Positions 28,336-42,453 of a stretch of DNA of 64,000 bases are shown piece after piece. Each line of letters opens with the position of its first letter. The first letter of the stretch is position 1. The stretch lies in NCBI GenBank assembly GCA_964016885.1, contig OZ024743.1, positions 24,056,001-24,120,000 on the forward strand. Reading direction: 5' to 3'. The translations under genes were made by a program, and so were the position numbers. The notes under the pieces are model-generated. The model was given only the letters and a program-made list of their open reading frames with translations. It was not told the origin of the DNA and made no database searches. The stretch is from Eledone cirrhosa (taxonomy: Eukaryota).

Positions 28336-28818
28336 AATATCTCGCTGCATCAGATTTTCTTCAGAAACACAAATGTTTTTTTCTTCTTTCTCACTGTTTT
28401 ACTTACTCTGTTTCTGTCTGCCTATCTATCTGTCTGTTTGTCTTTTTGTCTCTGCCTGCCTGCCTTTCTCGTTACCTGTCTGCCTAACTTTCTCTTTGTC
28501 TGTCTGCCTGTCTCTGTTTAGCCCTGATCTCACTGGCCTATGATTAAAACCTTCCAATTATGACTATATTCATCTTTTCCACTGTCACATTCCATCAGAC
28601 CCACATTATCCAATGTGCAATTTTTCCTAAGATGGTATGGTGTAATTTGAGGGAGATTTAGGTCTTATTTGTAGCATGTTTTTGCTGTAATATTTTCTGC
28701 CAAGCTTAGTAGTTATACTTCTTTCTTTCTAACATTTGTTTATTTATTGTTTCCTTCTTTCTCTGTTTCTTTCTCATCTCTGTGCAATCATGTATGCAGC
28801 TATACTTGTATGTGCTTG

Positions 28819-29832
28819 CATAGATGCCAACTTAAAGAATGCCACAGTACTAAAGTACGCAGATGACATCAAGCTGTACCTTGAGATAAAAAGGACAGAT
28901 CCTGAACACTATAGATCTTGCTTGCAGTCTGACTTGGATACAATGCAACAATGGATCTCAGACTGGCAACTCAAGCTAACTGTGGACAAGTGCACCACCA
29001 TGCATTTTGGGAGTAAAAACCCAGCATCCACATACTCCCTCCACAGCACTAATATCAAGAAGTTTTCTTGTGAACATGACCTGGGCATTACGGTCAGCAG
29101 CGATTTGCATTGGACGAAGCACGCCTCTAAAATTGTCAAGCGGGCTGAGGGTGTCTTAGCATCACTCAGCAAGACCTTTGTCAGCCGCACTCCAGCTATC
29201 TATTTATGGTGCGGCCACACTTAGAATTTGCATCACCAGTCTGGAACCCCTATCTTGTTCAGAACATTGACTGCCTGGAAACTGTTCAAAGATGTGCAAC
29301 CAAGCGAATACCCTCCATCAGGCATCTACCATACTCTGAACACCTTGCTTCCCTGGACATGGATACATTGAAGCTCCGACGTCTGGCAACTGACTTGGTA
29401 AACACCCACAAAATTGTTAACCATCTTGCCAACAACAACCTTGAGTACCTTTTTGATTTCCATGTGTCTAACACACGTGTTTCCATGTGTCTAACACACG
29501 TGGGCATGTCCACAAAGTCAGAAAACAGCACAGTTCCGATGACTTTCGGAAACATTTTTTCACGCTCAGAGTTGCTGAAGCATGGAACAAACTACCTGCA
29601 TCAGTTGTTAGCTGTCGAGACACTGCATCCTTTAAAACCTCCATGCTTCCCGAGATTCGCCAACACTACACCTAATGTTCCTCCTCCATACATATACACA
29701 CATGTATATCATGACTCATACACTATTCACTTCCCTGACATTTGTACATTATTCTATGTACTATACATGCACCTTTGACGAGTTGTAGTGCACCTGAGCA
29801 TGTTACACAATAATTTCATTATTATCATTATT
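28819..29832 (+). mobile_element. second 5'-truncated copy of the CR1-type LINE
   Basis: Near-identical to the reverse complement of 7473-8435; short deletion near 29205; 23-bp tandem duplication (tttccatgtgtctaacacacgtg) near 29457-29502. Confidence 0.9.
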
Positions 29833-32291
29833 TGTCGAAGTAAGTACAAATGTGTGTGTGTGTGGACAGAGGTATGGCAAAATAGATCAGAAGTTTTCTT
29901 CAGAACTATAAGAACCCTGGTTTGATCTCACTTTATGGCACCTTCTTTAACTATGGCCTGAACTTCACTCAAGCATTATGAATACAATTGGTTAGACAGC
30001 AATGCACTGTACCTGCAGTTCAAAGAACCATTCTTGTCAAACACACTGTCTCTCTGGCCCTGCTTAAGGATTAAATCTACAAGCATTTGTGGAATGCTCA
30101 GACACTTGAATCATAATTCAATTAATAGTTATGTTAGTGTTAAGATGTTTAAGTGAGTGTTAAACAGTCATTTAGAAGTAATTATGCAATGGGGGAAAAG
30201 ACAACATTAGCTCAATTGATTAATGTTAAACGAAGATGATGATGATGATGATGAACACTATATAATTATTTTATCAAGTGCATTAGACAATACCAGACAT
30301 TTTTGTTTTATAAGATAAGGGGAATATCTTCACTGAAACATATATGTCATTGTACTTGCCAAAGTAGTAATAGGAGTCAGTAAGTAGATAAACAATATCA
30401 TACACTAGTTGCTGGCAGTGCAGTTTTCGACATTAAGGTAGTACTACATTTGTGATGATAGTTTGCGCAACAGATGGAATGATCGCTCTGTTAGTGTGAT
30501 GCATGTAAGACAATAGGCGGCAAATTGGTAGAGTCATTAGAACATCGGATCGAATGCTTTGTAGTATTTATTTTGGCTATCTGCTCTCTGAGTTTAAATC
30601 CCGCTGAGGTCAACTTTGCCTTTCATCCATTCAAGGGCAATAAAAAAGTACCAGTCAAGTACTGGGATCGATTCTTCCTCTTTATCTCTTTCTAACTTCC
30701 TTTCTCTCACTCTCTGTATTCAGGCCTGGAGAGGAGATGGGCTCTGCCAGGTTTAGAAAATGCCCTAGAAATGCAGTATGTCAATATGGTGTCCCTACGA
30801 CTCCTTGGGAGTTACGGGTTCATACCATACCATACCATACCATACCATACCATACCATACCATACCATACCATGTAAGACAATAATAAAACAAGATAAAG
30901 AATGGACAGAAAAATTTTTGACAAAAAGAGAGATAAATATGTACAAAATTATGACTAGAAATATATAGACTACAGACAGTGTTTGTATGTGTGCTACATG
31001 ATATGCTGGAAATAGGAAAAAAATTGACTTTTGTTGGTGAGATGTGGAGCGAAGAAAAAGCATGATCGACACCTACCTGAGCTCCAGGGTGTAAGGCCAA
31101 ATGAATGGCCTGGTGGTAGGAAGAGTGAGGCAGAAGAGAGATTGTGGAAAGGGTGGAGGAAAATGAGAGAGAGAGAGAGAGAGAAGAGGAAGGGAGCTCA
31201 TGCAAGTATAAACAAAATTAGGTTTACCAAAGTAGATGTGTATTGACCTGGATGTATATAAGTATAGTCATCATTTCATCATTTCATTTTACGTCCGCTT
31301 TTTCCATGCTTGCAAGGGTGGGACGGGAACTGATTTTGGCTTGATTTCTACAGCTGGATGCCATTCCTCACACCAACCTCATTTACAGTGAGTGCTGGGT
31401 GCTTTTTTGCCGTGGCACCTTCACGACCACTTTGCAGTGGAATGATATGGACCCCAGTCCCTATCATCTCATTTCTACAGCTGAGTAAACTGGAGCAATG
31501 TGAAATAAAGTGTCTTGCTCAAGGAAACAACACATCACCCGGTCTGAGAATTGAACTCACAACCTTTCGATTGCAAGGCCAATGCTTTAACCACTAAGCC
31601 ATGTGCCTCCAGTATTAGCAGAAAATGCACATAGTTACAGAAGACAAGACATTAAGGTGGTACTGCATTTGTGATGGGAGCACAACATTGAATGATCGCT
31701 CTGTTGGTGAGATGCATGTATAACAAAACAAAGAATGGTCAGGATATATATATATATATGTATATAAAACGACAACAGAAGGCTGGACTAGAAGATACGC
31801 TGCCATTTCCTTTGTAAGGTTTAATTGAACCATGTCAGCTTTTATCATTTCATCTGAAGTTTTCCTAGTATCATGCACCTCTTTATTTTAAATGGTATAT
31901 ATATATATAAATATCATCATCATCATCATCATTGTTGTTTAATGTCCATTTTCCACAATTGCATGGGTTAGACAGGTTGTCTTGTTATAAAACAAAATCA
32001 GGTCCAGTGAGCCCATCATGCTCATATGGATCTGTATTTTAGCTTAGTTTCTATGGCTGGATTCCCTTCCTAACACCAACCACGTTACATACAGTATGGA
32101 CAGAGTGCTTTTTATCATGGCACCAAAATGACCACATTACAGGGTGAACTGGGTGCTTTTTGTCATGTCACCAACACAACCACCTTACAGTGTGGCATGG
32201 ATACTTTTTGGCATGTCTCTAGCATGATTACCTTAAAGTAGACTGGGCACTTTTTGTTGTGTCAACAGCACAATCATCTTAGAGTGTGTAT

Positions 32292-32343
<52 letters not shown>

Positions 32344-33631
32344 TTGTTATAGTTGTTGCTCACACCTGAATAGGTTTTGCTGTCCTTCAATGAGGCTGCA
32401 TCTCAAAGGAGATCTCTTGGGCGTTTGAATGAGTGGGGGCCCAGTGTAGACATATACATATAGGATTGGTTGCATAAATGTATATTGTATTATAGCTGTG
32501 AAGTTACATAAATGACTCACTGGTCTGGAGTTTCATACCTTAAGCATATCTTTGATCTGTTTTAAATGTACTCTTAGTCAATACTCTAGTTTCTTGAGTT
32601 ACAGATGTAGCCACACACATAACATAATTGTTTCTACTCTTGGCACAAGGCCGGCAATTATCACAGTGTATTACTGGTACTTTATTTTATCAACCCCGTA
32701 AGGATGAAAGACAAAGTTAACCTCGGCAGGATTTGAACTCTGACCATAAAGGGACGTAACTCTTTGCTGCAAAGCATGGCGTCCTACCCTCTACCGATAC
32801 TGCCAATCCACTCAGATAACATAATACACACATACATGTACGTACTTACATATGTAAGCGTGTATGTGTGTATGTATATATATGTATTAATATGTATGTA
32901 TATATATGTGTGTATGTGTGTATATATGTATATATGTATGAATATATGTGTGCATGTATATATATGTATAAATGTATGTATATCTGTGTGTGTTTACTTG
33001 GACTTGCTGATATAAGCCAACACCCGGTGACAAACTTTTGTCATAGATTCTTCTAGTCAGTGTTGTCATTAGTTAAATAATCATGATTAATTAAGTTAAG
33101 TAATCAAAGAACTTCCTGTTAATTGAACATAATTCTATAAATATATATACACGTCACCAACATACATCAAACACATATGCCTATGTAAATACATACATGC
33201 TTATATAAGTACATACATTACACACACACACACACATCGAACAATGAAAACAAAAGGCTTACAGAACTACGTACATGTTTAAGGTCGGCCACCATGCTTT
33301 GCAACATAGAGTTACAGCCCTTTACAGTCTGTGTTCAATTCCTGCTGAGGTCAATTTTGCCTTTCATCCTTACGGGGGTCGATAAAATAAAGTACCAGTA
33401 ATGTACTGGGATAATTGCTGGCCTTGTGCCAAATGTAGAGACAATTATATTGTGAGTCTTACGAGATAGTGACTGATGAAAGGAAAAGCTGTCCGGGGAA
33501 GAATAAAACACTTTTTATGATGATGAAAGATATCCTATCTGAAGTGAAAAAAAATAACCCAGCAAAAAACACCAAATGAATGAATTACAAGTGAAGATTC
33601 TTAAGATCAGTCAAGAAATCCTCCATTGTCA

Positions 33632-34140
33632 TATCGTTGATGGCCGCCTCTCACGCCGTGCTGCTCTCAACGAGATCATAAAGCATGGCCTGGATATGTG
33701 CAGGCTTCCCTTCTTAGCTTGATCCAGTGGAATTCAACTGAGGGGATGGCAATGTTCCCGTTCTGTGGAGGTAGATCCTTCATCTGGAATGCTACATGTT
33801 GTGACACCTCTAGTGACAACCTGGTACATTCGGCTACCAACCCAGGCTCTGCTGCCCACCAAACCGAAGGGGGTAAACTGTCCAAGTGTCAGCCGCTCTC
33901 TGATAGGTTTGTGGTAGAGCCTGAAGCAGTAGAGACTTCCAGCGTTTTGGCCCCCCGGATCACATCCCTGCTCACTGATATCGGAGCGGAGTTGGCCACC
34001 CGCAGGTACAAACCCTGCGAGCTGGAGTGGCTGTTCCAGCGCGTCTCCCTCGCTGTCTTTCGGGGCAATGTCTTCTCCATCTTGTTGGCTGGGATACGGC
34101 AGGTGTAGGGTGGTAGTCTCTAGACTTAAAGGTTAATAAT
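33632..34140 (+). mobile_element. CRE-clade non-LTR retrotransposon, C-terminal restriction-like endonuclease fragment
   Basis: HAALNEII, IWNATCCDT, PEAVET, LEWLFQRVSLAVFRGN; a second 3' piece lies at about 35487-35610. Confidence 0.7.
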
Positions 34141-34572
34141 TCTGACACACACAGACACACACATCATTAGTATTTATTCTCACCATTACTTAACCCCTCA
34201 TCACTCAAAACTCATCATCCATCTGTAATAATTGTTTCTACATTTGGCACAAGGCCAGCAATTACCCCAGTGCATTACTGGTTCTTTATTTTATCGACCC
34301 TGTGAGGCTGAAAAGACAAAGTTAACCACGGCGGGATTTGAACTCAGACCGTAAAGGGGAATAACTCTATGTTGCAAAGCATGGCGTCCGACCCTCTACC
34401 GACTCATCCTTTTAGTGTCAAACAGTAATACTGAGACAGTATCTGTTAAAGAGCAGTAGAGGAAAATAACATCCACATAGGTTTGTGCCAGACCTGAATA
34501 AAATAAGTACTGGGGTTGGTATGATAAACTAAAATCACAGCAGTGCTCCAGCATGACCGCAGTGGACTGTGA

Positions 34573-34735
34573 AGGCGCATGGCTTAGTGGTTAGAGCATT
34601 GGGCTTGCAATCGAAAGGTTGCGAGTTCAATTCTCGGACCGGGTGATGTGTTGTTTCCTTGAGCAAGACACTTTATTTCACGTTGCTCCAGTTTATTTAG
34701 CTGTAGAAATGAGATGATAGGACTGGGGTCCCTAT
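34573..34735 (+). mobile_element. tRNA-derived SINE (second family, CORE/V-like body)
   Basis: A box TGGCTTAGTGG, B box GAGTTCAATTC, body ccttgagcaagacactttatttcacgttgctccag. Reverse copies at about 13140-13275, 20828-21062, 31460-31610 and 49620-49757. Confidence 0.75.
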
Positions 34736-36565
34736 CGTTAAATTACCCAAGACACCTCCAACGAGATATACCTTGGAGGAGGCCAGCTAAACCTGAATAG
34801 GTGTGAGCTGTCACACACTGACTGAAACAAGAGGAAAAAAAAGAAGAAAGAAAAGAATATTCATTATAAATGCTCAAAAAGGAGCTGAATAATATTTTCT
34901 ATGACGGAATTGAAGATCTCAAGAAACACCCAGTGTCCTCGTAAGTAGATATCTGGAAAAGCTAGGGATTTCATGCGAAGAAAGAAATAGTTTATAATAT
35001 TTGATAGCTTTTGAGACTTTCAGGTATATAGACCCCCATCGATTTCAGCAAGAGAAATTAAAATTAAAAATAAATTTTAGTATATTTAAGCACTTAATAT
35101 TGATTGTATTATGTAATTAGAATATGTCAGAAAACAAACAGAACAAAACCTACAACCGGGACTGCGAGAAAAATAATTTAATAATATTTGTTTCTACAGT
35201 TGGCACAATACAAGCAATGTGAAGGGGAGGGGAAAGTCGATTAAATCAACCCCAGTGTGCTACTGGTACTTTATTTTATCGACCCCGTAAGGATAAAAGG
35301 CGAAACTAATCTCGGCGAGATATAAACCCAGAACGTAAAATAAATCAAAACAAACTAAAGGAGTTTAGGTATAACATGAAATATTTTATAACAACAAATT
35401 ATCAGGAGACAGAAATACTGGAAAACCATAAAATTTGACTAAAAAGAACAATCAGTTATAGTGAAAATATAGACTGCAGCAATACACCATAGGCGCTGAG
35501 CTGGCCAGCCGCTGGTGTGAGCCCCGCGAGCTGAAATGGCTTTTCCAGCGCGTCTCCCTTGCCGTCCTCCGGGGAAACGCTTTCTCTATTCTGTCCGCCG
35601 GGGCTGTGGCAAGGGCACCAATATGATTAACTGACTTGTCATTTTATCAGTCAGATGTTTTTAGGTGCTAACAGTTAGAATCATTGGTTATCTAGGTTTA
35701 TATTACTGCATTCATACATAAAACAACAAAATACTTAGATATGGGAGAAAATATTTTACAAAAAGCAGGTTACCAATATAGTTGTACATAAAGCAGAAAA
35801 TCAGACATGAACTTCAGTTTAGAGTGAAAATACCACATTATTTATAAATATGCTAATAACATTTTACAAAAGAAAACAAAATGAACTTAGCAATTGTAAA
35901 AAAAAATCCTGCTACACGCCAGGAAGTGGTTGACCGCAGAAGCCATGTCAAAATGGAACATATGAGCAAGACACAGTCGTCTGACTTGTCTGTCTAAGCC
36001 ATGCAAACATGGACAATAGACATAAAACAGTGATGATGATGATGATTTTGTCTTTATAACCCACTGTAATTTTCTTTTCTGTGCAATAAATGTTTTCGTT
36101 CGCTTTGAATAAACCTTGTCTTTTCATTAACCAGTAACAACAGCAACCTCTTCCTGCAACCTTTCTCAATTCTTTGTTTTAATCTCCCGACTTCATTAAT
36201 TATCATTTTACTAAAAACACATTTTCATGTATTCGTCTCATTTGCCACCCAGTTTTTTAACTCCTCAATTTCTAGTCACTGTATCTACTTTTGTTATCTG
36301 TCTACAAGTGTTGCTTTTGTTTTCTCCATTCTCTTACTATTTTTTTTGCTGTAGGTCAGGCAGGGACAGCATTTTTCGAGCAGAGGGCCGCTTGAGATAT
36401 GGCTCATCATAAGGCCAGTTGCACTACTAAAAAAATTCAAAGTAACTTTGGAATTAGGTGTGCCATTCAGAAAACCAAACAGGCCGCAGTTTGCTTATGA
36501 CTGCTGTAGGCAGTTACCCCCTAATTTCTGTTGCTACTCTATTATTATGCTCTTTAGCATAGTTT

Positions 36566-36761
36566 CAGACCTGTCAACCTCTAAAAGCCAAACCGGGGAG
36601 TACCATGAAAAAGAAGTGTTAAAAAACGGGGAGAAATGAGGCAAAATGGGGAGATTTTACATAATGAAAGCTATACCCATTTTCACAAGAGAAGACATCT
36701 CTCACCCACCCCAAAGTGGGTGAGAGATCTCCCCGTCGGACGGGGAGAGTTGACAGGTCTG
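36566..36761. mobile_element. 196-bp MITE with 6-bp TSD
   Basis: TIR CAGACCTGTCAAC/GTTGACAGGTCTG; TAGTTT duplicated on both sides. Confidence 0.85.
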
Positions 36762-37791
36762 TAGTTTACCACTTTTAGTTTGTAGGCAATAGTACAGCTT
36801 GAGCACATAGCATTGACGGTAAAATATTCCACTGATACCACCAGGCCCCCTATAATTTTCGACAGTTTTCTTACTTAGTAGTAATGGAGGTTGCTCTGAA
36901 AGAGCGGACTGGAAGAACAATGGAGAGTTGATAACTCTGCTGACAACAAAGGACTTCTTTTTCTGAATGAAGGGTGGACTGCATGATGCCTGCGTGTGAA
37001 CTACAATGCTACAAGGTAGTGAGACATTGCGGAAGACCTGTGAAAGCTAGAAAGAAATGAAGTGAGCATGATATGGTGGATGTGTAATGTTAACGTGTAT
37101 GAACGATGTAACATAAGGGAACTGAAAAAAGAAGCAACAAAAAAAAAAAAAGAAACTGTATAAGAGGGGTCCGAAGCAATGTGCAAGAGAGAAGACAGCA
37201 ATGGTATGGATATGTGATGCATATGGATAATGACGACTGTAAAAAGAAATGCAGAGAAATTTCAGTGGCTGGATGAAGAAAGCAAGAAAGACATGGGGTG
37301 CGTAGTAAATTGGATCTCACGACAGAAAAGACTCGCCTGCCAGCATAAAATTGTGACATGACTTACCTTTCTTCCTTCCACTATCTCTCTTTAGAAACTA
37401 CTCTCACCATCATGGAACACTCTCCACTCTACCCAGATTCATTCCTGCTCCCGCCGAGGTTAACTTTGCCTTTCATCCTTACGGGGTCGATGAAATAAAG
37501 TACCAGTAATGCACTGGGATAATTGCTGGCCTTGTGCCAAAAGTAGAAATAATTATTTATAGCGATGGACTGGCAGTATCAGTAGAGGACTGGACGCCAC
37601 GCTTTGAAGCATAGAGTTACGTCCCTTTACGGTCTGAGTTCAAATCCCGCCGAGATTAACTTTGCCTTTCATCCTTACGGTGTCGATAAAGTAAAGTACC
37701 AGTAATGCACTGGGATAATTGCTGGACTTGTGCCAAAAGTAGAAACAATTATTATAGCCATTTACGTTGGGACGACTACATTTCAAATTTC

Positions 37792-37836
<45 letters not shown>

Positions 37837-37953
37837 TTCCCTATACACTCGCACACATACACAAACAAGTACATTATACTGATATACAATGTACAAATGT
37901 ATATTGTATTGAGATTCAACCGTTTATTGTATTTTATATTAGTTTCTGATATT

Positions 37954-38140
37954 TGGATTGGCAGTATCGGTAGAGGGTCGGATGTCATGCTTTGACGTAT
38001 AGAGTTACAGCCCTTGCTGTACAGCCCTTCAAATTCCGCTGAGGTTAACTTTGCCTTTCATCCTGACGGGGTCGATAAAATAAAGTACCAGTAACGCACT
38101 GGGTTATTGCTGGCTTTGTGCCTAACGTAGAAACAATTAT
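37954..38140 (+). mobile_element. dominant tRNA-derived SINE (Meta-domain-like), representative copy
   Basis: A box TGGCAGTATCGG, B box (GAGTTCAAATCC in better copies), body gcctttcatccttacggggtcgataaaataaagtaccag, tail gccttgtgccaaaagtagaaacaatt. More than 25 full or partial copies across the window, e.g. about 4500-4760, 11950-12085, 32626-32812, 37450-37750, 42610-42945, 51835-52020, 53675-54290, 55440-55637, 57316-57595. Confidence 0.85.
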
Positions 38141-38262
38141 TTATAAATCATTATTGTTTTTTATAGATATTATTTTACTTCCTTTGTGTTTATAGACTCG
38201 TACATATATATACACACATGAAAAATCTATAGGCATTATTATATACATAGATACACACACGA

Positions 38263-38696
<434 letters not shown>

Positions 38697-39093
38697 CATA
38701 AATACATACATACATATATATATGATACAACATATATATATATATGTATATATATAAATACACACATACATATATAGATGATACAACATTATATATATGT
38801 TGTATCATCTATATGTATGTATATATATACCTATACACACCTTTACACACATATATATGATAAATGAAGGATGATAATATAGATAATTAGTTTCTCTTTT
38901 TCATATATAATAGACTATCATATTAGAATAAAAATAAGTGGGAAATAAACAAACGAAAACTAAATAAAAAGAAATAACGAAAAAATAAAAAATAAAATAA
39001 AAAAGTGATGATGATGATGATGGTGTTGGTGGTGATGGTGGTGGTGATGATTATGATGATGATGATGGTGGTGATGATGATGATGGTGGTGGC

Positions 39094-39126
<33 letters not shown>

Positions 39127-39732
39127 AATAAATGAAGGAAGAAATACAGAATGTCAACCAAACAAACACATCGAATATGTTTATTATAAAAAAACAACCT
39201 ATAAGTTGATTGATTAATCAAACCATTTCGGCGTCATTTCGCCCTCTCAATCTACTTCTCCATCACACTGTCTCTTTTCTTTTTTTAAATCTATTCTGTT
39301 TCACCTAACAGATTTAATGTTTACGGCTATTTGGAGTAGCTCCAGACATATACAAAAACAAACATGAAAAATAACAAACACTTGTAGCACAGACATTCCA
39401 TTTCTATATGTCTGTCTTTCTCACCATCTCTTTCTCTCTTTCTCTTGTTTGTTCGTTTTCAGCTAACTTAACCTTGATGTCGGAGCGCTTCCTTGCTGCT
39501 TCCTTGTTCATTGGTTTTGATTATTACATTTATTTGTTCTTTGTACTTTGATGAAAAATCCATCTTGGCTGGTCCTTGGGTGTTACAAATATTCCTACTA
39601 GATCAGGTCTCCTGTCTCAGGATAAGTTAATATTTTGAGGTGCTGCTTCCATGATACTTTCATTGTCCTTGACCCTCACGTCTCACAGAGACGTATTTGC
39701 TCTGTGAACATGTCACAGATATCTCAGTAACT

Positions 39733-39795
39733 GTTGAGAATGTTAGACAGCTGTTTCAAGATTCATTAATCGCTCATCAGTGGCATTCACTCAAC
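39733..39795 (-). ncRNA. type I hammerhead motif with extended stem I
   Basis: Minus strand: GUUGA-GU-GAAUG-CC-A-CUGAUGA-GC-GAUU(AAUG)AAUC-UU-GAAA-CAGCUG-UC-U-AA-CAUUC-UCAAC. Palindromic helix III ACAGCUGU, GUC site. Confidence 0.72.
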
Positions 39796-40053
39796 CGGTA
39801 CTGAAATGAAAATAAAGTAGAGCCTATATAGATTTTGGTGGATGAACATTACACTGTTATTATACTTAACACTATCTTAGTGCTACTACCAATTAATTAT
39901 AACTATCCAAGTTGGCACTAATATTCATCTGATGATCTTGTGAATATACAGATGAAAAGCCAGAGTAAAAGGCCTCATCGTTTGGCCATAAAGAATATTA
40001 CTAAACCCTAATTCGGCATTGAGTATCTATTCTCACTTTCGTCAATATCACTC

Positions 40054-40107
<54 letters not shown>

Positions 40108-40267
40108 TTATTTCATCATCATCTCATTTTACGTCCACTTTTCCCTGCTTGCAAGGGTGGGACGGGAACTGATTCTGGCTTGATTTCTACAGCTGGATGC
40201 TCTTCCTAACACCAACCTCATTTACAGTGAGTGCTGGATGCTTTTTTGCCGTGGCACCTCCACGACC

Positions 40268-40333
<66 letters not shown>

Positions 40334-40338
40334 TATAT

Positions 40339-40526
40339 AAGCTTTCGCCGCATTTTTGACTAAAGAAATTTTAGCCAGGTAGTGGGGATTAGACACCTCT
40401 AAGAAATTGAAAAAGATGTGTATTGACGTACATGTACGTCAATACACATCTTTTTCAATTTCTTAGAGGTGTCTAATCCCCACTACCTGGCTAAAATTTC
40501 TTTAGTCAAGAATACAGCGAAAGCTT
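40339..40526. repeat. 188-bp spacerless palindrome next to (TA)n
   Basis: Centre gtaca|tgtac at 40432/40433; 94-bp arms with three mismatches near the outer end. Confidence 0.88.
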
Positions 40527-40574
40527 CTATTTTTTATTTCAAATTCGCTCGCTGTTTCAAAACATACATACTTG

Positions 40575-40699
<125 letters not shown>

Positions 40700-41610
40700 C
40701 GAGCTGTCAGAAAAGTTCCAGGACTGATGTCACAAAAGATTTATTTCAAACCCAAACTTCACACTAAGAGTTTTCTCCTTCAAAGTAATCCCCCTGGAGT
40801 ATGTAACTATAATCTTAGCTCTCTGCACCGATCAAACTTTTTCCTTCATAATTTTATATACATGTCCTCTGTTTCAGGTCGTCAAGCAATGAGAACAGAG
40901 CAACGAACAAACTTGAAGTTTCTGGTACGGTTGGGGAAAACTCCGTCAGAAGCACTGGGATTGCTGCAGCAGGTGTATGGAGATGAGACGATGTCACGCT
41001 CACGTGTTTTTGAGTGGTGCAAGAGGTTTAAAGAAGGACGCGAGGACGTGGAAGATGACCCCAGGAGCGGAAGGCCCTCAACAACCAGGACTGAGGTCAA
41101 CGTTGAGCGCGTCAGGCAGATGGTGCGTAGCGATCATCGGCTGACTGTTCGACTGATGGCAAATGAGCTGGGCATGAATCGGGAAAGCGTCTGGAAGATT
41201 CTCACTGAAGATTTGGACATGCGGAATGTCTGCGCGAAGATGGTGCCAAAACTGCTGAACGATGACCAGAAGGGTCGACGCATGCAAGTGTACCAGGACA
41301 TCCTTGAGCGTCTTGAAAACGAACCAGACTTGCTAGGGACAGTCATCACCAGTGATGTCATGGTTCTTCGAGTACGATCCGGAGGGGACCCGTTTTGAAG
41401 ACGTGGACGACATCAAAAAGGCGTGACGACGGAACTGCGGAGGATCACGGAAGAATCCTTCCAGGAGTGCATGCAAGCGTGGCAGAAAAGGATGGAAAAG
41501 TGCATTAGACTCCAGGGGGATTACTTTGAAGAAGAAAACTCTTATTGTAAAGTTAGGGTTTGAAATAAATCTTTTGTGACATCAGTCCTGGAACTTTTCT
41601 GATACACCTC

Positions 41611-41611
<1 letters not shown>
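40700..41611 (+). mobile_element. internally deleted mariner element
   Basis: TA flanks; TIRs of about 55 bp (...CAGAAAAGTTCCAGGACTGATGTCACAAAAGATTTATTTCAAACCC); Mos1-like HTH (EQRTNLKF...WCKRFKEGR...DDPRSGRP, MVPKLL). Catalytic region deleted near 41385. Confidence 0.9.
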
Positions 41612-41666
<55 letters not shown>

Positions 41667-41668
<2 letters not shown>

Positions 41669-42297
41669 TTTTTATCCAAAGCCACCTCTTGGTTCCCTTT
41701 TCAGCTTCGCCCGCGAACCGTATCGTTTTTCAGTTCATTACTCTGGTGAAGCCAAGGACAGTGCCGAGTATTACTCTGGTGAAGCCAAGGACAGTGCCGA
41801 GTGATCTCTGGTGAAGCCAAGGACAGTGCCGAGTATTACTCTGGTGAAGCCAAGGACAGTGCCGAGTGATCTCTGGTGAAGCCAAGGACAGTGCCGAGTA
41901 TTACTCTGGTGAAGCCAAGGACAGTGCCGAGTATTACTCTGGTGAAGCCAAGGACAGTGCCGAGTATTACTCTGGTGAAGCCAAGGACAGTGCCGAGTAT
42001 TACTCTGGTGAAGCCAAGGACAGTGCCGAGTATTACTCTGGTGAAGCCAAGGACAGTGCCGAGTATTACTCTGGTGAAGCCAAGGACAGTGCCGAGTATT
42101 ACTCTGGTGAAGCCAAGGACAGTGCCGAGTGATCTCTGTGCAAAACCTCTAGAGTCCACATTGAAATTCTCACATCATGTTTTTCTACCTCTGTCCTGGT
42201 CTTTCTCCACCAATTCCTGGTAGTTTATCCATTTCTTTTCGTAGATCTCTTCAATGTACTTTCACATGGTATTGTAAGCTCCAACATGATTAATTCA
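41667..42297 (-). mobile_element. HERO-like non-LTR retrotransposon C-terminal RLE fragment
   Basis: Broken frames read LIMLELTIP, IEEIYEKKWINYQELV, NVDSRGFAQRSL, EAEKG, RWLWIK; ends at (TA)n. Confidence 0.6.
41738..42138. repeat. 33/32-bp minisatellite, 12 copies
   Basis: Unit TTACTCTGGTGAAGCCAAGGACAGTGCCGAGTA; variant junction GAGTGATCTCTG after copies 2, 4 and 12. Confidence 0.95.
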
Positions 42298-42400
42298 ATA
42301 TTTCTTTACTTTTATGCACAAACAACAGACAGACACACGCACGCAACTCCTTCTCATACACTATGAGACATGCACTTTTTCCTGCACGCATGCACGCGCG

Positions 42401-42453
<53 letters not shown>

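Noticed and set aside
28736-29778. Further CFAP77 exons or a host RT gene
   Set aside because: CFAP77 stops at 28335; these ORFs are a truncated CR1 copy fused to flanking sequence.
34573-34650. tRNA gene
   Set aside because: tRNA-like A/B boxes run into a SINE body shared by several copies; no proper acceptor stem.
34899-35060. Small exons (GTAAGT at 34941, tttcAG near 35023)
   Set aside because: No recognisable protein and no compatible partner exons.
39200-39255. Minus-strand GGCG/CGCC-GAAA hammerhead half
   Set aside because: CUGANGA absent.
41738-42138. CRISPR-like array, or tandem hammerheads (CUGGUGA resembles CUGAUGA)
   Set aside because: No unique spacers and a eukaryotic context; no GAAA, and A6 is lost. 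It is a minisatellite.
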